Below, piece by piece: positions 10,426 to 19,191 of a DNA stretch of 45,048 nt. The stretch comes from an uncultured Solirubrobacteraceae bacterium (GTDB lineage Bacteria; Actinomycetota; Thermoleophilia; Solirubrobacterales; Solirubrobacteraceae): assembly GCA_964250185.1 (NCBI GenBank), contig CAXUES010000001.1:1-45048 (forward strand), given 5' to 3'. The notes below the pieces were generated by a model. It made no database searches and was not told the origin of the DNA. It worked only from the letters and a program-made list of their open reading frames with translations. The position numbers and the translations under genes are program-made. Positions within the stretch are counted from its first letter, which is position 1, and each line of letters opens with the position of its first letter.

Positions 10426-11059
10426 GGGTCTCAGTGTAGGTCTGGACGTGCGCGGGAACCGGACCGTCCGAGTCCGGGATCGGCGCGGCGGCGGTGAGCG
10501 CGAGGGGGACGACGCCGGCCCACACGTCGAGCGCGTAGTCCTCCGGCTCGTCGACGGGACCGCCGCTGCGCACCTTCGCCGAGCATTCGTCCAGCGGCAG
10601 CGACAGCACCATCGTCCCCTTGAGCTCCTGGCGGCTCGGCGGGCGCACCGCGGGCCAGCGCCCGGGCACCAGCTTCTCCGTGAACGTCTCCAGCGCGCCG
10701 AGCTTGTCCTCGATCGGCCGGGCGGTGCCGAGCACGACGACCGAGCGGTAGTTCATGGAGTGGTGGAAGGCGCTGCGGGCCAGCACCATGCCGTCGACGA
10801 TCGTGACGGTCACGCACACGGGGGCGCCGCTCGCGCCCGTCCGGAAAGCGCGGCTCGCGCTCGACCCGTGCAGGAGCAGCTCGTCGCCGCGGCGGGCGTG
10901 AAGGGTGGGGATGACGTACGGCTGGCCCTCGGCGTCGGTGAAGCCGAGGTGGCAGATCGGCGCCTCGTCGAGGATCGCGTGAACCACGTCGCGGTCGTCC
11001 ACCGCGCGCTTCGGAGCGCGCCGAATGCGCGTGCGTTCTGTTCTGGTACAGTCAGCCAT
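10364..11059 (-). CDS. Pyridoxamine 5'-phosphate oxidase-like FMN-binding protein (NimA-like)
   Basis: ILDEAPICHLGF, PYVIPT, LHGSSASR, LARSAFHHSMNYRSVVVLG and WAGVVP. Confidence 0.88.
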   Translation of the reverse strand: MADCTRTERTRIRRAPKRAVDDRDVVHAILDEAPICHLGFTDAEGQPYVIPTLHARRGDELLLHGSSASRAFRTGASGAPVCVTVTIVDGMVLARSAFHHSMNYRSVVVLGTARPIEDKLGALETFTEKLVPGRWPAVRPPSRQELKGTMVLSLPLDECSAKVRSGGPVDEPEDYALDVWAGVVPLALTAAAPIPDSDGPVPAHVQTYTETHAPSAPSDRGAGPDGLRVGA

Positions 11060-11061
11060 CT

Positions 11062-12303
11062 GTGTCGGATCAGACTATCACAGGAACGAGCGCCCGCGCG
11101 ATCGCCGCGTCGGTGGAGGCGGCGGTGGAGACGGGGCGGCTCGCGCCCGGGGAGCGGCTCCCGTCCGTGCGGACGCTCGCGGGCACGCTGGGGGTGAGCC
11201 CGACGACCGTCGCGGGCGCGCTCGCCGAGCTGCGCCGCCGCGGGGTCGTCGTCTCGCGCCCGCGCAGCGGGGTGGCGGTGGCGCGCCGCTCCGCCGCCGC
11301 GCCCGCCCCGGTCCGCGCCGTCCCCGCCGGCGTGCGCGATCTCTCGGCCGGCAACCCCGACCCCGCGCTGCTGCCCGACGTCCACGCGGCGCTGCGCGAC
11401 CTCGACGAGCGGCCGCGGCTGTACGGGACCGACGCCGTCGACCCCGCGCTGCGCCCGCACGCCGACGCGGTCGTCAACGGCGGCCTGGACGGCATCGAGC
11501 GCGTGCTCGCCGCCCACCTGGCGCCGGGGGACGGCGTCGTCGTCGAGGATCCCGGCTTCCCGGCCGTGGTCGACGTCGTCCGCGCGCTCGGCCTGATGCC
11601 GCTGCCGGTCGCGGTCGACGCCGGCGGACTGCGGGCCGACGCGCTCCCCGCCCACGCCCGCGGCGTGGTCCTCACCCCCCGCGGGCACAACCCGACGGGC
11701 GCGACGCTGTCGGCCGCGCGCGTGCGCGAGCTGCGCCGGGCGCTGGCGCCGGACGTGCTCGTCGTGGAGGACGACCACCTCGGGCCCGTGGCCGGCGCGC
11801 CGCTGCGGACGGTGACGGCGGGGCGTGAGCGCTGGGCGGTTGTCTCCTCCGTGTCCAAGTGGCTCGGCCCGGACCTCCGGCTGGCCGTCGTGCGCGGGGA
11901 CGTCACCACGATCCGCCGCGTGACCGGCCGGCAGGCGCTCGGCCCGGGCTGGGTGTCGACGCTGCTCCAGCGCACGGTCGCCGCGCTGTGGACGGACGAC
12001 GACGGCGCCGCGAGGGTGTACGCGCAGCGCCGCCGCGCGCTGGTCGACGCGCTGGCCGCCCACGGCATCGCCGCGACGGGCGCGAGCGGGTTGAATGTCT
12101 GGATCGCCGTCGACCACGAGGACCACGCCGTCGCCGGCCTGCTCGACGCAGGGTGGGCCGTCGCCGCGGGCGCGCGCTTCCGCCACGCCGCGCCGCCTGG
12201 CGTCCGCGTGACCACCGCTTCCCTGCGCCCCGACGAGGCGCCGTCCCTGGCCGCCGACCTCGCCGCCCTGCTCGCGCCCGGCACGCGGACCCGCGCCGCG
12301 TGA
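11062..12303 (+). CDS. GntR/MocR-family regulator with PLP aminotransferase domain
   Basis: GERLPSVRTLA..LGVSPTTV wHTH, HNPTG, VEDDH and SVSKWLGPDLR. Confidence 0.92.
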   Translation: MSDQTITGTSARAIAASVEAAVETGRLAPGERLPSVRTLAGTLGVSPTTVAGALAELRRRGVVVSRPRSGVAVARRSAAAPAPVRAVPAGVRDLSAGNPDPALLPDVHAALRDLDERPRLYGTDAVDPALRPHADAVVNGGLDGIERVLAAHLAPGDGVVVEDPGFPAVVDVVRALGLMPLPVAVDAGGLRADALPAHARGVVLTPRGHNPTGATLSAARVRELRRALAPDVLVVEDDHLGPVAGAPLRTVTAGRERWAVVSSVSKWLGPDLRLAVVRGDVTTIRRVTGRQALGPGWVSTLLQRTVAALWTDDDGAARVYAQRRRALVDALAAHGIAATGASGLNVWIAVDHEDHAVAGLLDAGWAVAAGARFRHAAPPGVRVTTASLRPDEAPSLAADLAALLAPGTRTRAA

Positions 12304-12761
12304 GCGTCCGCCCCGCCCGTCCCGACGAGGCCCCGGCCGTCGCCGCCGCCTACGCGTGGCTGTTCGCGCCGCCCGGCGGCGTCTCCCCGGACTGGGACGA
12401 GGCGGTCGCGGCCGACCGGCTGCGCGCCGCCATGGCGAGCGCGCGCGCCGAGGTCCTGATCAGCCACCCGAGCGCCGGAGGTGGGCCCCCAGGTGGGCTC
12501 ACCGGCTTCTGCGTCGTCTATCTCGACATCCTCTCCGTCCGCTTCGGCCAGCGGGCGTGGGTGGAGGACCTCGCCGTCCATCCCGACCACCGCTCGGAGG
12601 GGATCGGCAAGGCGCTCCTCGACGCCGCCCGCGATTGGGCCGCCGCCCGCGGCGCGTCGCACCTCGAGCTCGACAGCGGCGACGCCCGCACCGACGCGCA
12701 CCGCTTCTACGAGCGCGAGCAACCCGCCTGGCGCTCACGCGCCTTCGGCTACCGGCTTTAG
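12300..12761 (+). CDS. GNAT N-acetyltransferase
   Basis: GTG overlaps the MocR stop. VEDLAVHPDHRSEGIGKALL and AHRFYER. Confidence 0.88.
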   Translation: MSVRPARPDEAPAVAAAYAWLFAPPGGVSPDWDEAVAADRLRAAMASARAEVLISHPSAGGGPPGGLTGFCVVYLDILSVRFGQRAWVEDLAVHPDHRSEGIGKALLDAARDWAAARGASHLELDSGDARTDAHRFYEREQPAWRSRAFGYRL

Positions 12762-12792
12762 CCGTCGCCTAAGAACGTCTATCTTCCGGTGC

Positions 12793-15219
12793 ATGAGGAG
12801 AGCCTGGCTCGGCGTCCTGGTGACCGCGTGCGCGCTCGCCGTTGTCAACCCCGCGTCAGCCGCGCAGACGAAGTACTCGTTCGCGGGTGGCTGCTACGCC
12901 GCGTCCGGGCTGCCCGGGGCGGAGGCGGTGCGCATGCAGGCGACCGCGCTCGGGAGCTACCTGCTCTACCGGCCCGACCGCACGTTCGTCGCGCTCGCCG
13001 ACGGCGCCCCCGGTGTGGCCACCACGCCCAGCCCGGCCGCCGACTGGACGGTCGAACCCGCCACCGGCGGCGCCTTCACCCTGGCCCCGAAGTCCGATCC
13101 GTCCAAGCGCTACTCCGTCACGTTCACCAAGGCCAACGGCTGCGCCGACTACCCGGAGGCCGAGCTCGACGCGACCGGCACGCCCGGGAAGGGCGCGACC
13201 TCCTACGGCACCACCCAGGGCCTGCTCGAGGGCCACATGCACTGGATGAGCTACCAGTACTTCGGCGGCGAGTTCCACTGCGGCGCGCCCTGGCATCCCT
13301 ACGGCATCGCCTACGCCCTGCCCGACTGCTCGACCATCGAGGGGCCGCAGGGCACGTCCGCGAGCTTCCAGAACTTCCTCAACTACGGCAACCCCGCGCA
13401 GCCGCACGACACCCGCGGCTTCCCCGTCATGGCCCAGCAGGCCGCCGGCAACCTGACCGTGGAGGGCAACTACTGGCGCTGGGTGCAGCGCGCGTGGATG
13501 TCGGGCCTGCGGGTGATGGTGATGGGCGTCAACGAGAACCGCGTGCTGTGCGAGCTCCAGCCCAAGCGCGACCAGAGCTGCGACGAGATGACCACCGTCC
13601 GCCGCGGCTTCAAGGCCCTGCACGAGCTGCAGGACTACGTGGACGCCCAGGCGGGCGGCCCGGGCAAGGGGTTCTTCCAGATCGTCACCAACCCCTACGA
13701 CGCGCGCCGGGTGGTCAACCAGGGCCGCATGGCGGTCATCGAGGAGATCGAGATCTCCGAGCTGTTCGGGTGCTCCAACCTCGACCATCCGACCTGCGAC
13801 ACGGCGTCCGTCGACCGCCAGCTCGACGAGATGTACGACCTCGGCGTGCGCTCCTCGCTGCTGCTGAACAAGTTCGACAACCCGCTGGTCGGGGTGCGCT
13901 TCGACAGCGGCCTCACCGGCGTGATCATCAACGCGGGCAACAAGGCCAGCGCCGGGTCCTACTTCAGCGCGGAGACCTGCAAGGGCCCGCTGCACGACAA
14001 CACGATCGAGACGCTGTCGCCGCAGGCCAGCGCCGCGCTGGCCGGGCCGCTGGCCACCGCCGGCATCCAGACCGGCTCCGTGCCCGCCTATCCGCCCGCG
14101 CCGCACTGCAACACGCGCGGCCTGACGACGCTGGGCAAGCACGTCGTCAACCGGATGATGGACAAGCACATGATCGTCAACCCCGATCACATGAGCCAGG
14201 CCGGTGTCGACGAGACGCTGTCCCTGCTCGAGGCGCGCAAGTACTCCGGCGTCATCTCACCGCACGGCTGGATGGACCCGGGCAACTGGCCGCGGCTGTG
14301 GAAGCTCGGCGGCCTCGCTTTCCCGGGCCACTCCAGCGCCAAGAGCTACGTCGACGACTACCGCAAGTTCCGCCCGAAGTCGACGCCGTTCAAGCTCGGC
14401 TGGGGCTACGGGGCCGACCTCGGCGGCCTCTCCCACCAGCCTGACGCCGACGGCGCGAAGATCACCTACCCGTTCAAGAGCTACGACGGCAAGGTCACCT
14501 TCCAGCGCGAGAAGACCGGCGACCGGACGTTCGATTACAACACGGAGGGCGTCGCCACCTACGGCCAGTACCCCGATTGGTTCGAGGACCTGCGGCGCCT
14601 CGGCGGCCAGGCCATGGTCACCGACATGGAGAGCGGCGCCGAGGCCTACCTGGAGATGTGGGAGCGCGCCGACGGCGTCCCGGACACCGCCTGCCACAAC
14701 CGCGGTGGCGCCATCACCACCGCCGGCCGCGGCGACCTGCGCATCGGCGAGGACTGGACCACGCTGCTCAAGACCGCCGGGCAGCCCCAGCAGCGCACGC
14801 GCGCGTGGAGCTGGTGCGTGAAGGGCCCGCGCAACGTCGGCAAGGCGGACGTGGCCGTGCTCAGCCAGGGCGGGAAGGTGCAGCTCGTGGGGACGACCGC
14901 GCGCCGCTTCGCGGGACCGTTCCGGGTCGGCAACCGCGCGTCCTTCACGGGCGTCAAGCGCCACGGCCGCTACGTCGCGCTGGCGAAGGGCGGCCGCATC
15001 CGCGCGGCCGGCGCCGCCGCCAAGTCGCTCGGGCGCAAGGCGACCAAGCGGGCCATCCGCCGCGTCCGCGCGGCACAGGCGAGCCAGACCGCCCGCCCCG
15101 CCTTCGTCCCGTCCGACGCCGAGCGCACCGGTCGCCTGGTCGGCTACACGCTGGCCGGCTCGAGCAACCCGACGCTCGATCGCGCGCTCGCCCTCTACTG
15201 CCACCTGCAGCTGGGCTAG
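12793..15219 (+). CDS. Large secreted amidohydrolase-fold protein (M19 dipeptidase-like; resembles sphingolipid ceramide N-deacylase family)
   Basis: Signal peptide MRRAWLGVLVTACALAVVNPASAA, HMH metal motif, CNTRGLTTLGKHVVNRMMDKHMIVNPDHMS, SPHG, GADLGG, basic C-terminal domain. Confidence 0.7.
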   Translation: MRRAWLGVLVTACALAVVNPASAAQTKYSFAGGCYAASGLPGAEAVRMQATALGSYLLYRPDRTFVALADGAPGVATTPSPAADWTVEPATGGAFTLAPKSDPSKRYSVTFTKANGCADYPEAELDATGTPGKGATSYGTTQGLLEGHMHWMSYQYFGGEFHCGAPWHPYGIAYALPDCSTIEGPQGTSASFQNFLNYGNPAQPHDTRGFPVMAQQAAGNLTVEGNYWRWVQRAWMSGLRVMVMGVNENRVLCELQPKRDQSCDEMTTVRRGFKALHELQDYVDAQAGGPGKGFFQIVTNPYDARRVVNQGRMAVIEEIEISELFGCSNLDHPTCDTASVDRQLDEMYDLGVRSSLLLNKFDNPLVGVRFDSGLTGVIINAGNKASAGSYFSAETCKGPLHDNTIETLSPQASAALAGPLATAGIQTGSVPAYPPAPHCNTRGLTTLGKHVVNRMMDKHMIVNPDHMSQAGVDETLSLLEARKYSGVISPHGWMDPGNWPRLWKLGGLAFPGHSSAKSYVDDYRKFRPKSTPFKLGWGYGADLGGLSHQPDADGAKITYPFKSYDGKVTFQREKTGDRTFDYNTEGVATYGQYPDWFEDLRRLGGQAMVTDMESGAEAYLEMWERADGVPDTACHNRGGAITTAGRGDLRIGEDWTTLLKTAGQPQQRTRAWSWCVKGPRNVGKADVAVLSQGGKVQLVGTTARRFAGPFRVGNRASFTGVKRHGRYVALAKGGRIRAAGAAAKSLGRKATKRAIRRVRAAQASQTARPAFVPSDAERTGRLVGYTLAGSSNPTLDRALALYCHLQLG

Positions 15220-15238
15220 TCCCGCGTAGGCTCGCCCC

Positions 15239-15510
15239 ATGACCGTTCTGGTGATGGGCGCGACGGGGAACGCTGGCGGCGCCGTCGTCGACGCCCTCCG
15301 GGAGCGAGGGGTCGCGTCGCCATGGTCGACCCGGCCGACATCGCCGCGGTGGCGGCGACGGCGCTCACCCAGCCGGGCCACGCGGGGCAGACCTACCGCC
15401 TGAGCGGGCCCGAGGCGCTGACGCCCGCCGGCCAGGTCGAGCACCTTGCCGCGGTCCTCGGCCGCCCGCCCGGGCGGCCGGCGGGCTGGATCGCCGCGAA
15501 CTGGAGCTAG
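15239..15510 (+). pseudogene. Internally deleted NmrA-like NAD(P)-binding oxidoreductase remnant
   Basis: MTVLVMGATGNAGGAVVDALRERG (Rossmann start) is joined out of frame to VDPADIAAVAATALTQPGHAGQTYRLSGPEALT (NmrA C-terminal motif). Confidence 0.8.
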
Positions 15511-16307
15511 GCCGCGGCCGGCGCCGCGTCCGCGATCAGCTTCTTGAGCGGCTTGCGGGGCGCGGTGAGGCCGATGCGCTGGAGCACCTCGTCGGCCAGG
15601 TTGAGGTAGTCGATACCGAGATCGGCGCGGTGGTCGAGGATCGACTTCGCGCGCTCGGCGGACTCCGCGTAGGCGATCGAGGAGCGGATGACCGTGTCGA
15701 ACACCTTGTCGGGGAAGTGCTCCTTGAGCGACTCGAACGCCTCGCGCGAGTGGACGGTCCGCATGTCGGCGATGTTGAGGACCACGCCGAGCCACTCGAG
15801 GTCGTCGTTGTAGTACTCCTTGGCCTGCTCGACCACCTCGAGCGCGCCCTCGACGCCCTGCAGCGCGAAGTACTGCGCCTCGGAGGAGATCAGCGCCCAG
15901 TCAGCGGCGACGAGGCCGTTGACGGTGAGCAGGCCGAGCGCCGGCGGGCAGTCGATCAGGATGACGTCATGGCGCTTGCGCGCGTCCTTCAAGGCCTTGC
16001 GCAGGACCAGCTCACGGCCCATCTTGCCGCTCAGCGAGCGCTCCACCTCGGCCAGGATGGGGGAGGCGGGCATGACGCCGCCGTGCTCGGCCTCCTTGGC
16101 CTTGACCTTGCCCGAGAGGACGTCGGCGACGGTCGGGGTGGCATCGGACGGAACGTCGAAGTAGTCCGACAGGTTGCCCTGCGGGTCGAGGTCGATCGCC
16201 AGCACGTCGAGGTCCAGCCGGCGCAGGACGTCGGTGAGCGTGCGGACGGTGGTGGTCTTGCCCGTTCCCCCCTTGAGGGACAGGACGGCGATCGTCGTGG
16301 CGGCCAT
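15507..16307 (-). CDS. ParA/Soj-family ATPase (orphan, no parB nearby)
   Basis: ATG at 16307, deviant Walker A KGGTGKTT, IDLDPQGN and IDCPPALG. Confidence 0.92.
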   Translation of the reverse strand: MAATTIAVLSLKGGTGKTTTVRTLTDVLRRLDLDVLAIDLDPQGNLSDYFDVPSDATPTVADVLSGKVKAKEAEHGGVMPASPILAEVERSLSGKMGRELVLRKALKDARKRHDVILIDCPPALGLLTVNGLVAADWALISSEAQYFALQGVEGALEVVEQAKEYYNDDLEWLGVVLNIADMRTVHSREAFESLKEHFPDKVFDTVIRSSIAYAESAERAKSILDHRADLGIDYLNLADEVLQRIGLTAPRKPLKKLIADAAPAAA

Positions 16308-16321
16308 TGAAGGCCGCCAGA

Positions 16322-16801
16322 CTACTCCGCCGTCGTCGCCGCGGTGGCGACGGCGCCACCGACGGTCGCCGTGTCCAGGAAGAACAGCGTGTGGCGCCCG
16401 ACGACGATCTGGTCGCCGTCCTTGAGCGGGCTCCACTCGACCCGGCGGCCGTTGACGTAGACGCCGTTCAGCGACCGGTCGTCGAGCACGCGGGTGCCGT
16501 CGGCCTGGTGGACGATGAGGGCGTGGCGACGGGAGACGGTGGCGTCGTCGAAGCGGACGTCGGCGGCCAGCGAACGGCCGATGCGCGTCCACTCGCGCTG
16601 CACCGGGACGACCTGCTGGTCGTCGCCGTCGAGGAAGGCGAGGTACTTGCCGGGAATCGTGATCCCCTCGCGCGCCTCGGCGACCCAGGCGGGCTGGGCG
16701 GCGCCGGGTTCGGGCGCGGACTCCGCGTTCGCCGGCATTCCGGCCCCGGACAGGGGCAGCGTCCCGGTGGTCTCGAGATCGCTGGGCATACGTGGATCCA
16801 T
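16322..16801 (-). CDS. FHA domain protein
   Basis: RIGRS..DV..DDATVSRRHA..DDRSLNGVYVNG..LKDGD. AAAGGAG RBS upstream. Confidence 0.9.
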   Translation of the reverse strand: MDPRMPSDLETTGTLPLSGAGMPANAESAPEPGAAQPAWVAEAREGITIPGKYLAFLDGDDQQVVPVQREWTRIGRSLAADVRFDDATVSRRHALIVHQADGTRVLDDRSLNGVYVNGRRVEWSPLKDGDQIVVGRHTLFFLDTATVGGAVATAATTAE

Positions 16802-16913
16802 GGGTCAGTTCTCCTTTGGGGCGCGGGAAGGAGGCCCGTGCGGCCCTCGCAACCCTCTCCGCCGTCAAATATAGGGCGCACGTCAATAGCCCGCCACGAC
16901 CTTGAAGGCCTTT

Positions 16914-16940
16914 TTACCCAGTCGGCGAAGTCCGGGAAAC
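16914..16940 (-). promoter_or_regulatory. Putative SigB/SigF-type promoter for FHA-parA
   Basis: GTTT-N17-GGGTAA on the minus strand. Confidence 0.45.
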
Positions 16941-17243
16941 ATGGCCGTCATCACCGCCCCGAAGACGTTGCGCCGGGTCCGCTCGCGGGCCTTCGAGATC
17001 GAGGCGGCGCTGCTGCGAGCGTCCGTCGACGCGCTCGCCGCCGAGCGCCCGGCCTGCCGCCACTGCCACCGGACGCCGCTGGTCGGCGAGCGCGTGCACA
17101 TCTACGCCCCCACCCGAACCCGCCACCGCACGGACGTCGTCTGCGAGCTGTGCCGCCCGCTGCGCACCGCCGCCCCCGACCGGACGGAGCTCATCCGCTC
17201 CCCCGAGCAGGGCGCGTCGGTGCAGCAGATCGCCCGCCCGTAG
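16941..17243 (+). CDS. Small hypothetical protein with CxxC...CxxC (putative Zn finger)
   Basis: ATG at 16941, CRHC and CELC, high-GC3 codon usage. Confidence 0.65.
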   Translation: MAVITAPKTLRRVRSRAFEIEAALLRASVDALAAERPACRHCHRTPLVGERVHIYAPTRTRHRTDVVCELCRPLRTAAPDRTELIRSPEQGASVQQIARP

Positions 17244-17259
17244 GCGATACTTCGGCGCC

Positions 17260-18096
17260 ATGGAGGGGCGGCGGGTCATCATCACGGGCGCGGCGCGCGG
17301 CATCGGCGCGCTGACCGCGCGCAAGCTGCACGAGCGTGGCGCCCGGGTCGCGCTGCTGGGCCTCGAGGCCGAACGGCTCGCCGACGTGGCCGCCGCCTGC
17401 GGGGACGCGCCCTGGTTCGAGTGCGACGTGTCCGATCGCGCCGCCGTCCGCGACGCCGTCGAGGCCAGCGTGGCGCGCCTGGGCGGGCTGGACGTGGCGG
17501 TCGCCAACGCCGGGGTCGGCGCCCAGATGACGCTGGTCGACGGGGACGACGCCGTCTGGGACACCACGTTCGCGGTCAACCTGATGGGCGCCTTCAACCT
17601 GGTCCGCGCGACCGGCACGCACGTCAGCCACCGTCACGGCTACGTCCTGCTCACCGCCTCCCTGGCCGCGGCCGTCCACCTGCCGCTGATGTCGGCCTAC
17701 TGCGCCTCCAAGGCGGCGGTCGAGTCGCTGGGGGACTCCCTGCGCATCGAGCTGCGGCCGTCCGGCGCGAAGGTCGGCGTCGCCTACTTCGCCGAGCTCG
17801 ACACGGACATGACCAGGCGCGGGTTCGCCACCCAGGCGGCGGCGCGGATGCCGCTCGGCGGCCATGGTCACATCCCCGTCGCGCCCGTCGAACCGGCCAT
17901 CGAGGCGATCGTGCGCGGGATCGAGCGCCGCTCGCGCCGGATCGTGTCGCCCCGCTGGGTGGCGCCGCTGCTCCCGTCCCGGATGCTCGTCCAGCGCGTG
18001 CTCGAGCTGCAGGCCCGCCGCGGGCTGGCCGAGACGCTCGACATCGCCCGCGCCGAGGCGGTCGAGTTGACGACGAGGCAGCCCCAGCGCCCGTAG
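17260..18096 (+). CDS. Short-chain dehydrogenase/reductase
   Basis: TGAARGIG, ANAG and YCASK. Confidence 0.93.
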   Translation: MEGRRVIITGAARGIGALTARKLHERGARVALLGLEAERLADVAAACGDAPWFECDVSDRAAVRDAVEASVARLGGLDVAVANAGVGAQMTLVDGDDAVWDTTFAVNLMGAFNLVRATGTHVSHRHGYVLLTASLAAAVHLPLMSAYCASKAAVESLGDSLRIELRPSGAKVGVAYFAELDTDMTRRGFATQAAARMPLGGHGHIPVAPVEPAIEAIVRGIERRSRRIVSPRWVAPLLPSRMLVQRVLELQARRGLAETLDIARAEAVELTTRQPQRP

Positions 18097-18109
18097 GATG
18101 CGCGGGGCC

Positions 18110-18625
18110 GTGGACCCCGTCACCAGCACCGTCACGATCGACCGCCCCCGCGAGGAGGTCTTCACCTACCTCGCCGACATCGCCAACTACGCGGAGTTCA
18201 TGACCCCGCTGTTCGACGACTGGCGCCTGACCCGCGAGGACTCCTACGGGGCCGGCGCCGGCGCTCGCTTCCGCGCCCAGGGCCGGCTGGACCGCTTCGG
18301 CTGGGGCGAGCTGAACATCCTCGAGGTCGACGCGCCGCGCAAGATCGTCGGCGTCGGCCGCGGCGGCAAGTACAACCGCATCAAGACCTACTGCGAGTGG
18401 ACCCTCGAGCCCGCCGGGACGGACGCGACCCGCGTGTCCTTCACCTTCGACACCGAGCCGCCACTGCCGACGGACCGGATGGTGGAGGCGCTCTCGGGCC
18501 GGCGCGGGTTCTACAAGCGCGGCTCCAAGAAGGCGCTGCGCGCGCTGCGGACCCGGCTCGAGGAGGGACGCGCCAAGGGCACGCGGACCACCGTGTCCGG
18601 CCTGTACCCTTCGCCGCGCCCATGA
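18110..18625 (+). CDS. SRPBCC/polyketide cyclase-family protein
   Basis: STVTIDRPREEVFTYLADIAN..EF and GAGARF. GTG 18110 lies behind a TAGGAT -10. Confidence 0.82.
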   Translation: MDPVTSTVTIDRPREEVFTYLADIANYAEFMTPLFDDWRLTREDSYGAGAGARFRAQGRLDRFGWGELNILEVDAPRKIVGVGRGGKYNRIKTYCEWTLEPAGTDATRVSFTFDTEPPLPTDRMVEALSGRRGFYKRGSKKALRALRTRLEEGRAKGTRTTVSGLYPSPRP

Positions 18626-19191
18626 TCGCCCGCCGCCTCGCCGCTCTGTCCGTCTGCGCCCTCGCGCTCGCCGCCACCGGGTGCGCCGACAAGGGGAAGC
18701 CCGTCACGAAGGCCGACACCGAGGGCGTGTGGGTCGACGTCGGGCCGCTGGACTACCACATCCAGGGCTCGCGCGCGCTCAACCCGGCGGAGGTCCCCGA
18801 CGACCGCTACCTCGAGGGCGTCCCGGCCAGCGTCAGGGCCCCGACCGGTGAAGAGACCTGGTTCGCCGTCTTCCTGCGCATCGAGAACAAGTCGAAGAAG
18901 GCCGCGCCGACCGCGCAGGAGTTCGAGATCGAGGACACCCAGGGCGACCGCTACACGCCCATCGACATCGACACCAAGATCAACCCGTTCGCGTACTCGC
19001 CGCAGACGCTCGGGACCGACGAGGCGATGCCGGCCCCGGACTCCACGCAGGAGTTCGACTCCGCCGCCGGCTCGATGCTGCTCTTCAAGCTCCCCCTCAC
19101 CACGATCGCGAACCGCCCGCTCGAGTTCAAGATCCACGCGCCGGCCGGCTCCGGAGGCCCCCAGCTCTCCGAAGTCGACCTCGACGTCTAG
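18622..19191 (+). CDS. Lipoprotein, Ig-like (DUF4352-like)
   Basis: ATG overlaps the upstream stop, lipobox LAATGC, FLRIENKS and FEIEDTQGDRY. Confidence 0.7.
   Translation: MIARRLAALSVCALALAATGCADKGKPVTKADTEGVWVDVGPLDYHIQGSRALNPAEVPDDRYLEGVPASVRAPTGEETWFAVFLRIENKSKKAAPTAQEFEIEDTQGDRYTPIDIDTKINPFAYSPQTLGTDEAMPAPDSTQEFDSAAGSMLLFKLPLTTIANRPLEFKIHAPAGSGGPQLSEVDLDV

Noticed and set aside
12461-12500. AGGTGGGC direct repeat / Gly-Pro loop in the GNAT gene
   Set aside because: Too short to distinguish from a variable beta-turn loop
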